Of a stretch of 64,000 nucleotides of DNA, positions 1 through 12,761 are shown in pieces. This stretch comes from Vicugna vicugna (lineage: Eukaryota). The notes under the pieces are model-generated. The model saw nothing but the letters and a program-made list of their open reading frames with translations. It had not been told where the DNA came from and made no database searches. The stretch covers positions 1,840,963-1,904,962 of the forward strand of contig MU058781.1 in assembly GCA_013265495.1 (NCBI GenBank), read 5' to 3'. Numbering within the stretch: position 1 is the first letter of the stretch; the number at the start of each line of letters is the position of its first letter. The translations under genes and the position numbers were made by a program.

Positions 1-1400
1 AAACAAACAAACAGAACGAAGACTTTTTACTAGAGAACTGGAATCTATACTTTCAAAAAAGCAAGTAGAAATTCTAAAACTGAAAAATATATAATCAAAT
101 CTTGAACTAAAAAAATGAGGTTTTCCAGCAGATTGGATACAGCTGAAGAGAGGACTGGTGAGCTGGAGAGAAGGCAATAGAAAATATCCTGACTGGAGTA
201 CAGAAAATAGAAAGGATGGAAAATGTAGAAAAGAGTGTGAGAGACATGATCTATCATACAAGACATTCTAACAAAGGTAATTGGCATTCAAGAAGGGAAG
301 AAAGAGAGATTGTAGAAGGAATATTTGAAGAGATAATGGCTAAGAATTTTCCAAAAGGGATAAAGGCAGCAAGTATTACGCACTGGCACGTTATAACCAA
401 ATCAGAAGAAGTCATAACAGAAGCAGAGAAAACAGATGCATTACTTTCAAAGGAGCAACAATAAGGCTAAAAGCTAACTTCTCAGCAGAAATTATGGAAA
501 CCAAATGATGAAATGACAGCTTTAAAAGGCTGAAAGGAAATAGCAGCCAGTTTAGAAATTCTGTAGCCAGTGAAAATAAAGATATTGCCAGAAAAACAAA
601 AACCGAGGTTATATATCACATGTCACCAGTAGACTTACATTAGAAGAAATATTAAGTGGAGTTTTCATGTTTTGCATCATGATTGTGGTGGGTGCTTAAA
701 CAAATTTATACATATTAAGAGTCATAGAATTGTGCACCAAAAAGTCAGTTTTTTTTTAAGGCGTGCACTAGGCACAAGGAAAATAGTCCCAGATGGACAT
801 TCAGCAGTACAGGAAGGAATGAAGAGCAATAGAAAAGACAAATATATGGGTAAATGTAAATGAATGTTGACTGATTACTGCTGGAGATTGCAAAGGCTCC
901 AACTATCATGCTGGGAAGAATCAAGCATTTTTCCTGCTTTTCCTTTCAAACTGCATTCCAAAATAGTTGATGACGGAAAACTGTTCATTATGGAAGGATT
1001 GTGACTAATAAAGGCAGAAAGAAAAGTAGAATTAGAACATTCTTGCATATTGCAAACCTCATGAATAATTGAAAAAGTAATTTCAATAAGGAACTGAAAA
1101 TATAACTATATTTCAGATTCACAAGAAAAACTAACTTGAAATTATAGAACTGAAAAAAAAAAAACCAAACCCTGAAATTAAAAACTCAATAAAGCAGTTT
1201 AGATAAAGCTGAAGAGAGAATTAACAAATTGAATAGTAAGTCAGAAGAATGAAGCAGAGAGATGAAAAGATGAGAAGTATCTGCCAGAGGGTAGGATACA
1301 TATATGATCAAGTGAAAAGGTCTAGCACGCATTTAATTAGTGCCCCAAAAGGAGTGGAGAGAGAGAACGGGGCATAGCAACAGTCCGAAAGATAATGGTT
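1..1400 (+). mobile_element. Fragmented ancient L1 (ORF1-like remnants at ~30-660 and ~1070-1390, with old L1M 3' pieces between)
   Basis: A-rich decayed ORF1-type motifs such as gcagattggatacagctgaagagagga and atatttgaagagataatggctaagaattttccaaa (EGIFEEIMAKNFPK), with many stops. Confidence 0.7.
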
Positions 1401-1719
1401 GGAAGGTCATACAGCTTTAGGGACTGAGGCTGCCGTTTTGGGTAAGCGTGGTTGGCCATGTGTAAGTGGATGATTAGCAGATTGTCTGAGGTAAAAGAAT
1501 GAATGATAGTTGGGATTATGCTGCTTCCAGAGAGACAGAGGCAGAGACTTAAAGCTAGCTGCCTTGTAACCTGAGATTTTTTTTTCAGGTTCCAGGTTTA
1601 GTCCCTTGTAATCTCCAGCAGCATTTCCTATTCTTTGGTTCTTTAAATCTTTATAATGAATTCCCCTTCACTTAAGCTTTTTTTTTATAGAGGTTTCTTA
1701 AAAAGCCAAAACCAATTTC

Positions 1720-2154
1720 TTTTTATTACTGTATTGCACTGGTTAGACAAGTCATCCTTCTCTTGCTTTTGACTTTTGTGGAAATGACACTATAGTTTCA
1801 TTAATATGTATGCTGTTAGCTTTTGGTTTCAGATTATGGAAGCATCTTTCTATTCCAGTACACAAAGAGTTTTTGCATGTTAGGAATGGATGGGTAATTT
1901 TATTAAATATCCTACTGGTATTTATAGAGATGGTCATATGGATTCTTTTTTTTTTTGGTCAACTTGTTTTTGTGGTGAGTTATATTAACTGATTCACTAC
2001 TATTATACTGGACTTATCTGCTTGGAAAAAATCTTATTCATTATGGTACATTATTCTCTTAATGTGCTGAGATGTGTTTAATTAAAAATTAAAACTTTTA
2101 ATTTACTAATATCCTGTTTAAAATCTCTGCATCTGTTTCATTAGTTTAGATATA

Positions 2155-2185
<31 letters not shown>

Positions 2186-2760
2186 GCAAGATTATGCAGT
2201 CCTTCTAAGAGGAATTAGAAATGCTTCATCTTTTTCTGTATTCTGAAATAGTTTAACACATGTCAGTCCTTAATAGACTCTCTTTAAAACCCATCTGAAT
2301 GTAATGTCTTATTTTGGGGGTAATTCTTTGTAACATTTTCAGTTTTTCCCCTGAGGATGATTTCCCAGGCAGGTTTCTCTCTCTTCCTGATTTTACTGTG
2401 ATAATTTAAATTTTCTAGGAACTGTCCCACTTCATCCAGAATTTCAAAGATGTTAACAGAGTTGTATACAGAGGCCTTTCCTTTATACTGTGGTCATTTC
2501 TCTTTTCATTTCTAATCATACAGATTCGTGTTTTTGTTTCGTTTCCTTTCCTGCATACAGTTGCCAGGGATTTGTCTTTTTTGTTGGACTTTTACAAGCA
2601 AAAATCTTGACTTTACTTATTAATTCTACTTCTTGTGTTTTCTAATGTATGATTTTTTTTTGCTTTTCAGCTCTACTAATCCTCTTTTTCTACTTCATTT
2701 TGTTATACTTTGTCTTTTTTTTAAATTTCTGAGTGAAAACTAGTTAATTTAGTTTAGCTC
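1720..2760 (-). mobile_element. Ancient L1 ORF2 remnant, antisense
   Basis: T-rich sequence with L1 ORF2 antisense motifs (catccttctcttgcttttgact, tttatagagatggtcatatggatt, ctttttctgtattctgaaatagttt). Confidence 0.6.
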
Positions 2761-3589
2761 CTTAATTTATAATTACGTTTTAGATGTTGTTCTTTATTTA
2801 AATATGAATGTAAAGATAGATGCCTCCTCAAGAGAACTGAAAGCATTATTTCCAAATTCCAGCTATGGTACTGTATTAATTATGGCGTCTTATTTAAGGA
2901 GTCAGCCTGAGAGCTTGCACAGGAGAATATGACGTTAGGTGTACAAGAGAGAAAAGAAGATTGTCGTTAGTCTTGTAAATTAAAAAGATGTCTCTTTATG
3001 AAAACATTAAGAAATATGAAAGACCATGTTTCTCTTCTTTTATTCCTATTTGAACCCCGGATTATCCAGATTCCCATTTGCTAAATAACCCTGCTATTCA
3101 AAAAGGGAATACCTTTTTTGTTCCTTTCTGAACACAGAACATCTTTCCTTTAAAACTGTCACCCCACTTACCCCAAATCTTTATTATTTGTATTATTTGA
3201 CCAGTCTCCTTCCTTTCTGACCAACCAGTTCTCCAAGTTCAACCAACTTTGTTGAAAAACATTTAAGATTTTTTTTTTATAACGTCGAGAAGTGATTCAT
3301 TCTAATTGAAGAGAGCTGGTTCAGAACTTCCAAAATGAAATTTGAGCTTCCACAAAGAAGGCCTCAGACAGAGAGGGTAATTTTTCGTAAACTACTGAAA
3401 ATGGGATGCAGTCTGTGACCTGAACGATTGTGGTTCCTGCCACCACGGAACTGAACGGCCCTTCTTTACTGTTCTGTGACTCAGCCCTCATGCACGGATC
3501 CTTACATAAAACAGGGGCATACAGCCGGGCAATTCTTCACTAGTTTAAACTGTTTATTGTTTCTTTTGTACCTATAATTCACATTTAAA

Positions 3590-4345
3590 CATTCCTCTAA
3601 GTGCATTTGTTTATATGTTACCCGAGCTCAACACTGGGGCTTTTGAGATGTTCCTAGGTTCTGCTTCACGATGGAATGTCTACTTAACATGGAAAAGGAG
3701 GCGGGGAGGGTGGAGAATGTGACCTTGTGCCCTGAGAACATGCCTGAGGAACCCAGGATGCCTGTGGGAACCTACAGAGGGAAACAGTGCCCCCAAGTCC
3801 CGCAGGAGGAGGATGAAGGAGCGCCCCAGTGCTGGGGAGGGCGCACGGGAGGAGAGCGCCTGGGTTTAGGAACTGGACTGAGGTGTGAGGTCACTCCTGG
3901 GTGACGAAGAAGACTTAGGCCCATGAAGAACCGTGGTAATTGTGTGTCAGAAGGAGAAATAGCGTGAGAAAGTTAGGAAGGTGTGAAATGGCTGCTGCAC
4001 AGAGAGGGGGCTTTACACATGGCTGAAGCAATTGTGGGCAGTACAGGATGCGGGAGACGGGGAAAGCCACCAAGGAAGACACTGGAGCACCCCTGCGGGG
4101 TGGCATAGTCACACTGGAATTGGAGGAGGGTCACCCTGAATGCAGGATGGAGAATGGGGGGAAAGAGTGGCGTGCATTGGGGTGAGCAGGTAGGCAGCCC
4201 TAGCAATGGTCTCACTGACAGTGCTGTAACTGGTACTGAGGGAATGGCCATGGGAGTGGTGAAGAGTGGACAGACTTGTGATATTACAGGCAGAATTCGA
4301 TCACTGTTGATCACTCATTGGCTGTGGGGCCTGAAAGAATAGAAT
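3590..4345 (-). mobile_element. L2 LINE remnant
   Basis: Purine-rich L2 antisense-type motifs (ggagtggtgaagagtggacagacttgtgatatt...tcattggctgtgggg). Confidence 0.5.
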
Positions 4346-7300
4346 GGCTTGTTACCTGGCCCCCTGCCCCCAGCACTGACTCATGGTGGGGGGCTTGGGT
4401 TTCTCTCTCACAACTTCTAGTCGGTAAATCACATGGGGGATTGATTCCTCTTGTCCCCCATGGAACTCTACCTTGAAATATTTAGCAAAAGGCCACCTGT
4501 GCGATTCATTTGCACAACACCACATTCTATTAGGGGCTAAGGAAGGTTTAGTTGTCCATTCGGCCCTTTGTAACTGCTTTTTAAGATGAACAAATCAACG
4601 TAAGAGAAAAATTAGGAAAGAAACATAAGAAAGGCCAGCTGAGCAACGGCCGTTTCCCTGAAATGCACGTTGTAAGGTCTGGTGCAAACAGAAGGCGGCC
4701 TGGGCTTTGACTCTGGGAGCCCTGGGGTCGTAGGAGTGAGAAGGACCCTCGTGGCTGCGAAGTCTACCAAGGCCTTCGGCCCCTTCAGTGCATGTCTGTT
4801 GGCTCATGTCTATTCCAGCACTGTTTTGCCTCTGAGGACACAGCACGGACGAGACAGAAGGATTACTTCTCACACAGGATCACATTTTAGGTGGAAGTAG
4901 ACTGAGTAAAAAAGGACAGAAAGTGTGAGAGCTGGTAATCAGGGTCCTGGGAGGATGAAGAGAAGGGAAGGGGCTGGAAGGTGGCCGGGAGGCAGCCCTG
5001 GATTGGGAGGTCTGAGTGGTGATGAACAGCCTGACCTTGACCTTCTGGGCGGGGAGCCTCAGGGCAGGGGCCGCTGGTGCAAATGAATGACTGGCTGATC
5101 TGAGAAACAGAAGAGAGGCTTCTGTGGTTGGAAGGGGGGTGGGACGGGGCGAGCACAGGCTGAACTGAGGTCACAGGTCAGCAGTGATCACGACAGCCTT
5201 TGCAAGTCAAGGTTTGAGTCAAAGGGCAAAGAGGAGGTGCTGTGCGAGTGGGTACCAGGATGTCATCGATGTCTTTGAAGGGTGGTCTTCTGTGTGGTAT
5301 CTGCTCTGTAGACGAGCCAGTGCAGAAACGGGGAGCCAGTCTGGGGGCACGTGCTGCCATCGAGGAGAGGGACGACCACAGCCCAGATGAGGCTGGTGAG
5401 ACCCAGTGAGATCTTGTAGCGAGACAAGAAGGGGGGCAGCGGACCGAGCCCCGGGGCTCCAACAGCCAAAGCAGCATTTAGGAAAGCTTAGCTTTTCTAG
5501 GCCTGAGACACAAGAGAAATTTCTCAGGGGGTCTTCATGAAGGGACACTCGTGGATGGCAGAGTACCTGTCTGAGGCCAGCTCTCAGAAAGGGCATTAGT
5601 TCCCTGAGGGAAGAGCCATAGTAGGGGAGGTGGACATCTGGGCTGGTTTCCCACCCAAGCCGGTGAGAAGTTGCAGTGAAAGACTGACTTAGGGCATGAG
5701 GGTAGCCCGGGGCGGGCCGTGCCCCGCCCCAGCCCCCGGCAGTGGCTCTCTGCAGAGGAGAACTGGCTGCAGGCCCCACAGGGCAGGCCGGTCTGTCCTC
5801 CGGAACATCCTGACCCCACAGGCGGAGAAGCAGAATCTAGGCTTTTTATACCCCCCACCCCCATGAGCATCCAAGCTCTTACATGGTCAAATATTGCACA
5901 TGAACATATGTGATAATAAGGATAGTGGCTGAGAGGACGGCATAATTTAGGGAGAAAAGATTAGATGAAAAGTTAGAACCCAGATACTCGAGCCACAGGT
6001 TACTAAACAGTTGCTGACATCGGGTCACACGTTTGTCTTTGACCTTCTTGGTAGAAAAGGCAAAAAGGAAAACATCAGTTACTTACAGAAATCTCACTTC
6101 CATGAGAAAAAGCCTGTCGGTTACTCAGGAGAAACAAAACATTCTCCAGTGCTTAAATATGAATACGTCTGCCTGTAGTTTGCTTCCTGGGAATAAGGCT
6201 TTTCTTCCATTGAGCCTTTTGTCAATTTTCTCTGTAATTGAGTTTTACTTGTGGGCACCCTGGTGGAAAGGTCTGTAAGTGCTGTGATGTGCTGAAGACC
6301 CGAGTATCAGGATGGGGAGGTAACTAAAGTGTTGAGTCATTTTGAGAGAGCACATGGGGTGATGTAACATCGCAGTTATCCAAAACCATGGGTTCTCAAT
6401 CCAGGGACTGAGGGTTGGGTCTAGTTACACCGGTGTTGCAAGGGGGTGCATTGGAGCCGCACCCACAGGGAGCTATGAAACAAGATCTCCAATCTCAGGG
6501 ACTTGCAGCAGGGAAATCACAGCTGTCCAACAGGGACAGAAAAGGCACTAAAGTAAATGATGGGAAACTACTTACATAATGTAACTTACATAATGTAACA
6601 GAAACGTATGGACACTTGAAATCCTGCCCTTTGGAGAGATTTCAGTTTTTATTATCTTCAAGGATCCTGCAAAGACCTTTTGTTTCAAAGGGCTCCTCCA
6701 GGGTGGGATTAATGGGGGGTATGGGGCGAGGGATGGGTGGAGTCATTCATTTGGTCAGTTAGCCAGTCAACAAACATAACTTGAGCTCCTTGTGTGGGCC
6801 AGGCCATGAGATGGAGAAGATGAACTCAAGATGCCCCAAGGTCTGAAATGTACACCAGAATAGGGAGATGTACAGGCAAAGAAATACTAGTGCTGCAACG
6901 TGTTTGTCGAGCGCTGAGGAATTATCTTAAAAGCTTGTACCCACAACATCGAGCAAGGTCCGCACTAGTATCTGCATTTCACAGGCCGGGTGGTGGCGGA
7001 ATCCATCATAAAAATCAAATTGTCCTCTTAGGCCTTTTGTTTTCCCCCTAGACCAGAAGGGGGTGCTGCGTGAGGCTACCCTGAGGGGCCCCAAGGGAAC
7101 TCTGCATTAGATCCGCTAAATGTGGACACAATAATGAAAAGCTTCAAAAGCTTTGGAATGAGTAGGTGCTGGCAGTTTGCCCTGATAGGGACATAAAGGA
7201 CTCTTGGGGGCCCCTTCCAACAAGGGCAGCTGCCTGGGACACTCACGAGTCCACTCCTTTTTGGTGACTTTCCTCTAGAAAGTCTTCCTCCACACGACAG

Positions 7301-8756
7301 GCCCCTACAGGCCTCCTCTTACCGAGCCCCGGACTTCTTTTGTTTTCTTGCTTGTTGATTTTTCCTTTGGCAAACAAGATAGGGGCACCATTATTCAACT
7401 GAAACCTTCTTTTGTCAAATCGTGGGCCTTTTATAATGTTGACTGGATGTCTAGACAGACAGGTAGAAATAAATGCCCAAGGGCAAGGTCAGCCTTAACC
7501 AAGTGGTCCATTTACATTTTCACATCCTCCTAAAAATACACCTGCACCGTCTTTGTCTTGCTATTTGAACATTGTGCAAGACTCAGGAACATGTAGCGTC
7601 TTACCAGTGTTTAAAATGTCCCATTCACAGCCGTTCTCCTTAGAGGAGTCAACTTCTTTCATAGGGATTTGGTCACAAAGGGCCCAGGAGGTTCTGAAAA
7701 ACCCGTCTTACGCTCCCTGGGTCTTAAAGGAGACTCATAAATGGCTTTTGGATGCCACTGCTGGGGCGGGGCTGATGGCGTCTAGTGTCTGACGGATCCT
7801 TGCTGCCAGGTCAGCCGGGGACTGAGCAGTGTGTCTTCATTGAATATCCTTTCTTGCTGTGTCCTGTCTCCTTGGAAAATTGTCTGTCAGGAGACAAAAT
7901 AAGGTGCCCTTTCCGTTAACTCCGTTTTCTTAATTACAGTTGTGGGGAGGTGGCTTCAATCCTGTTGTGCGAGGGGGTTCTTTTTCTCCCCCGGCTGTAG
8001 AGGAGTTTGTTTTAGAGCCCGGTGATTGTCAACTCTGAGATGAAGTCTGTGCTCAGTTTTTTTTTCAGTTGCCTCCGCTTAGAGGTTTCTTCCCTGCACG
8101 TTAGCTTCTGCTCATTGAAACCCTTTCCAGGTTGTTTTTCTTTCCTTTCTTGTTCCTGCTTGTTCAGGCCCTGGGAAGCAGGAAGGTGGGATCACAGAGC
8201 CCCTCCCGGGGCACACGGCGGGGTCGATCCCTCCCTCGCGCTGTACGCAGGGCTGCAGGAGGCAGTGCGCAGGTCACACAGGCTGGTTCCACGGGGATGT
8301 CGAAATAATGGTGCTTCCTTGCTCAGAGGGGATGCACATCCATCCAGATGGCCCCAACAGGTACCCCCAGCCTGGCTCCCTCCACCACATCCAGTTCAAC
8401 ACTGATCATGCTGACTCCCTGCCAACATACCTGGAATCTTTCCCCTTCCATCTCTGCTCCTCCCTGTTAATCCAGGCTGTCTTCCCTTTCTCCTAGAACC
8501 GATAAGAGAGCTTCCAGACAGCTGTTAGAATCTGCAAGGCCCCTCCTCACCACTTTTCCACACTTTAGAGTGCTCCCTGCAGAACGGAGCATGGATTTGT
8601 CTATGTCATTATTGGACCTTTTCAAGAAGCCTTCCCATGTATTAAAGCACCTTTTAATCTGTTTCTGACTGTATTTCTTTTCCCATCTATATGTATTTTA
8701 TTTTTCTTTCACTTTTTTTGTGTGTTCCCATCTATGAATATGGCTTATTATTCCAT

Positions 8757-9545
8757 TAGATTTTTTTTTTACTGAAGTATAGTTGATTTACGATTTTGTG
8801 TTAGTGTCTGGTGTACAGCCAGTAATTCAGTTATACATATGTAAAAAAAATGTATTCTTTTTCATCATAGCTTATGATAAGATACTGAGCATAGTTCCCT
8901 GTGCTATACAGTAGGACCTTGTTGTGTTTATCTATTCTGTATGTAGTAGTTTCTATCTGTTAATCCCAAACTCCCAATTTATCCTTACCCCTGCTTCCCC
9001 TTTGGTAACCATAAATTTGTTTCCTATATCTGTGAGTCTGTTTCTGTTTTGTAAATTAATTAGTGTTTTTTTTAGATTCCACATATAAGTGATATATGAT
9101 ATCTGCCTTTCTCTGTCTTACTCCACTTAGTATGATAATCTCTAGGTCCGTCTATGTTGCTGCAAATGGCATTGTTTCATTCTTTTACTGGCTGAGTAGT
9201 ATTTCACTATGTATATATACCATAACTTCTTTATCCAATCATTTGTCGATGGACATTTAGGTTGCTTTCATGTCTTGGCTATTGTAAATAGTGCTGCTAT
9301 GAATGTTGGGGTGCATGTGTCTTTTTGAATTGTACTTTTCTCCAGATATATGCCCAGGAGTGGGATTGGTAGATCATATGGTGACTCTATTTTTAGTCTT
9401 TTAACGAATCTCTATACTGTTTTCCTTAGTGACTGCACCAAATTCTATTCCCACCAACAGTGTAGGAGGGTTCCCTTTTCTCCACACCCTCTCCAGCATT
9501 TATCATTTGTGGGCTTTCTAATGATCGCCATTATGACCGGTGTGG
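8757..9545 (-). mobile_element. 5'-truncated L1 (ORF2 C-terminus + 3'UTR, L1MA9/camelid-like)
   Basis: Poly-T tail, then actgaagtatagttgatttac...atatatgcccaggagtgggattggtagatcatatgg...ccacaccctctccagcattt. Highly similar to the copies at 17.6, 31.2 and 37 kb. Confidence 0.9.
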
Positions 9546-11440
9546 GGTTTCTTTCACTTTCTTGGTTCCCATCTGAAAAGTACTTTTATTTTAGAACTCA
9601 TCGTATAATTGACCTTCTCACAGCATTTCTGTAAAATAAATTCCTAGACCAAAGGAGCTGATTATTTGGGGAAGTTCATCCAAATGAATCATTGGTTTGC
9701 TTTCTCCATTTTTATTCTAAGGCATTCAGGTGATGTGAAATGGATCGAGGAAACAAAGTATGTTTGTGTACCTCTGTCGGTGCCTTGCATGGATTCGGGA
9801 GAACAGGTGCCAGAGGTCAAAGCAGATGCTGCCCCCTAAACTGTTGGTTCTAAAGAGCTGTTACAGGGAGAGGTCTTGACTTTGAAAGCATGGGTGAGAC
9901 CAGCACCATCTCGGGGAGACGGATCTCATTAGTGGTCCTCATCCTTTTGACGGGGCAGAGAAACAAAGAAACTGAATCTCTAAGATGAGATTTCCATACG
10001 TGTTAAGAGAGAGAACAGATCTTAGGGTCAAGAAAGTTTTGGGAAAGGGTAGACAAGACAGGTTTCTCTATTAGAAGACTCTGTCAGTCCTCTGTTCTGC
10101 TCCTGGGTGTTAGGTCTCTCCAGGAGAGCCACATATTCTGTGGTGTTTTCCAAAATGACAAGACAACCACGTATGTACTCACAATTTATTTCTCACAATA
10201 TCTCGAGAACCTGAAATATCGAGGAAACTAAAGTATTGCTTTAGAACATACATCTCTTGAAGTCGCTGTTTGTTCTCAGTGTTTGAGACCCTTTTCCAAG
10301 TCCCGTGTCTTGTGTCTTTCTTCCTCTACCTCCTCCCCTCCCACTGCCCCGTTCTCCCCTCCTCGCTCCACCCTCCCCCTTTTATCCTTTTACAGACTTC
10401 ATGGTCTTTCGCATCTTTCGTCTCATCCTGCCCCCTCCTCATGTTGGTTTCCTTTCTCTGGTTTGAAAGGATGTGGTGTCTGCCTGTTCCGAGCCCAGTA
10501 GTTCTCCGAGGGTGCCCAGTGCAGAGCCCCGGTCCTTGGGAGGGAGAATCCTAGCCAGCTGCTCACCCTCCCCACCGCACGTCTGCCCTGCTTGTCGGAC
10601 TGACTGCCAGCTTCAGCCGGGTTCCCTCTGCATCCGTCCATCCAGGTGGCCCTTCCTTTGCCATCAGTCTCTTCGGCCCCACCCTTTGCATGCGTCTGTT
10701 TCTGCCCCTCCTGCATCACTTTGATTTTCTTTGTCTCTTCTCCTGAAGTCTTTGCCCGAGCTTTCAGTTGGGCATTCGTTTTTCACCTGCCTCAAATTGT
10801 TTAAAAGGCAGGTTTACTTTTGGTCCCAAACAAAGACAGGCAGAGAGCAGCCCGTCCCCCTCCTGTCCCTTTGGTGCACAACCTGTTGCTGAGCAGAGAC
10901 ACTGGCTGTGAGGCTGGGCGGCTCCGGGGCTGGGACGGCTGCCGCCTTATTGATGACGAGGCGGATCTGGCCAGCAAGGCAGGAAACATTCAGTGAACAA
11001 ATGAATCCTTGTTTTCCATGTCCTCTGGTTAATGGCAACATTTCTTTTGTCCTGATTCCTCAAACACTATGAAGAATGTGGATGTGGTTAATGGGGACAC
11101 ATCTGAAGCCCAGACAGACTTTTTCTGACTAGGGGAGGAGGAAAGCACGTTTGTCTTCCTGGTGGGTTTGGAACTAGCCCAGGATGGGCTCTTTAGAAAG
11201 CTGAACTTTCTGACTGGCCCTTCCTAGGGGCCCTCCAGGGTTTCTGTGGATTGATGGATGGTAATATTGATTTGAAAACAATGCAACATTAGAATTAGTT
11301 GGGAAATATTTTTACCTCTTTAAAAAAATCAACCTTACTAAGGTGTGACATACAATAAAATGCACCCATTAAGTGTATGTTATGATAATTTTGACAAATA
11401 TATGCATTCACATAATTACCCTAACATCAACATATGCATA

Positions 11441-11606
11441 TGGTGCTGTCCAATACGGTAGCCACTAACCACTGATCACATGTGGTTATTTAAATTAACT
11501 AAAATTCAAAACAGTTCCTCAGTTCAGTTTTAAAATGTGTGTTTCATCACATTTCAAGTGCTCAGTGGCCACGTGTGATTATTGGCTACTGTGCTGGACA
11601 GTGCAA
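11441..11606. mobile_element. MER3/MER33-like hAT-Charlie MITE inserted in the L1 cluster
   Basis: Inverted termini gtgctgtccaatacggtagccac ... tggctactgtgctggacagtgc, with internal cacatttcaagtgctcagtggccacgtg. Confidence 0.75.
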
Positions 11607-12493
11607 ATTACAAATACATGTTTTATATCAGTGCTATATACACACACACACACACCCCAAAAAGTTCCTTTGTGCTTTTTTCCAGATAATTCCCAATTCC
11701 CAACCCTGACTTTGGGAAATCACTGATAAGGTTTTTTATTACACATTAGATTTGTGTTTCCTAGAGCTTCGTGTATATGTGCTCTTTATTTACCTGGCTG
11801 CTTCTCAGCATGAGATTTCTAAAGTGGGTCTGTTCATGCTGTTACGTATGTAATTAGTTCACTCCTTTTTGACAGTACTCCGTGGTCTGGACAGACCACA
11901 CTGTGAATCCACTCACCTGTTGATGCCGTTTGGATTGTTTCCATTTGGGGACTATGATGAATAAGGCAGTTTGCTTTTCATATGGACATATTTTCATTTC
12001 TCTTGCCTAAATCCCTATGTTCGGAACTGCTGGGTTATATGGTAAGAGGGTACGTAGCTTTATGAGAAACCACTAAACTATCTTCCAAAATGGTTGTACC
12101 GTTTTGCATTCCTGTCAGCAATGCATGGGTTTCCAGAGAACTCCAGTTATTACCAATTATACCAGTTTTTTTGCTGACTTGCTCTGTTAATTACTGAGAG
12201 AGAGTATTTAAATTTCCACCTATAAATACAGATTTTCCATTTCTCCTTTCAGTTCTATCAGTTTTTGTTTCATATATTTTGAAACTTTGCGATTATGTCC
12301 ATACGCATTTCGGAATATTTTGTCTTCTTTATGGCTTGATGCTTTTTCCATGATGTGCCCGTCTGCCCCAGTTCTGAATTCTACTTTGTCTGCTGGTATA
12401 GCCACTCCAGCTTTTGTTTTTTTAAATTAGAATGTGCATGGTATGCTTCTCTTGGCTTTTAACTTATCGGTGTATCTGTATGGGTGTCTTTTA

Positions 12494-12761
12494 CAAATGA
12501 ACTTATCTACGAAACAGAGGCAGACTCAAAGACATAGAGAACAAACTTATGGTTACCAGTGGGCAAAGGGGGTGGGAAGGGACAAGTTGGGAATTCGAAA
12601 ATTGCACCTCTTTGGGAGTGATGGAAATGTTAGCTATCTTGATTGCGGTAGTGGTTTCAAGGGTGTGTACATCTATCAAAATTCATCAGATTGTACATCC
12701 GAAATAAATGTAGTTTACTATACAGGAAACATACCATAATAAAGGTGTTAAAAAAATCAAG
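12494..12761 (+). mobile_element. Younger L1-type 3' fragment with 13-bp TSD, nested in an antisense L1 ORF2
   Basis: tgggtgtctttta occurs at 12481-12493 and 12762-12774. The insert ends aataaaggtgttaaaaaaa. Confidence 0.75.

Noticed and set aside
4595..5913. Cluster of overlapping ORFs up to 186 aa in a GC-rich patch
   Set aside because: Low-information Pro/Gly/Ser-rich translations expected in GC-rich DNA, with no exon structure or domain. At most a small regulatory patch with GC boxes at ~5705-5740.
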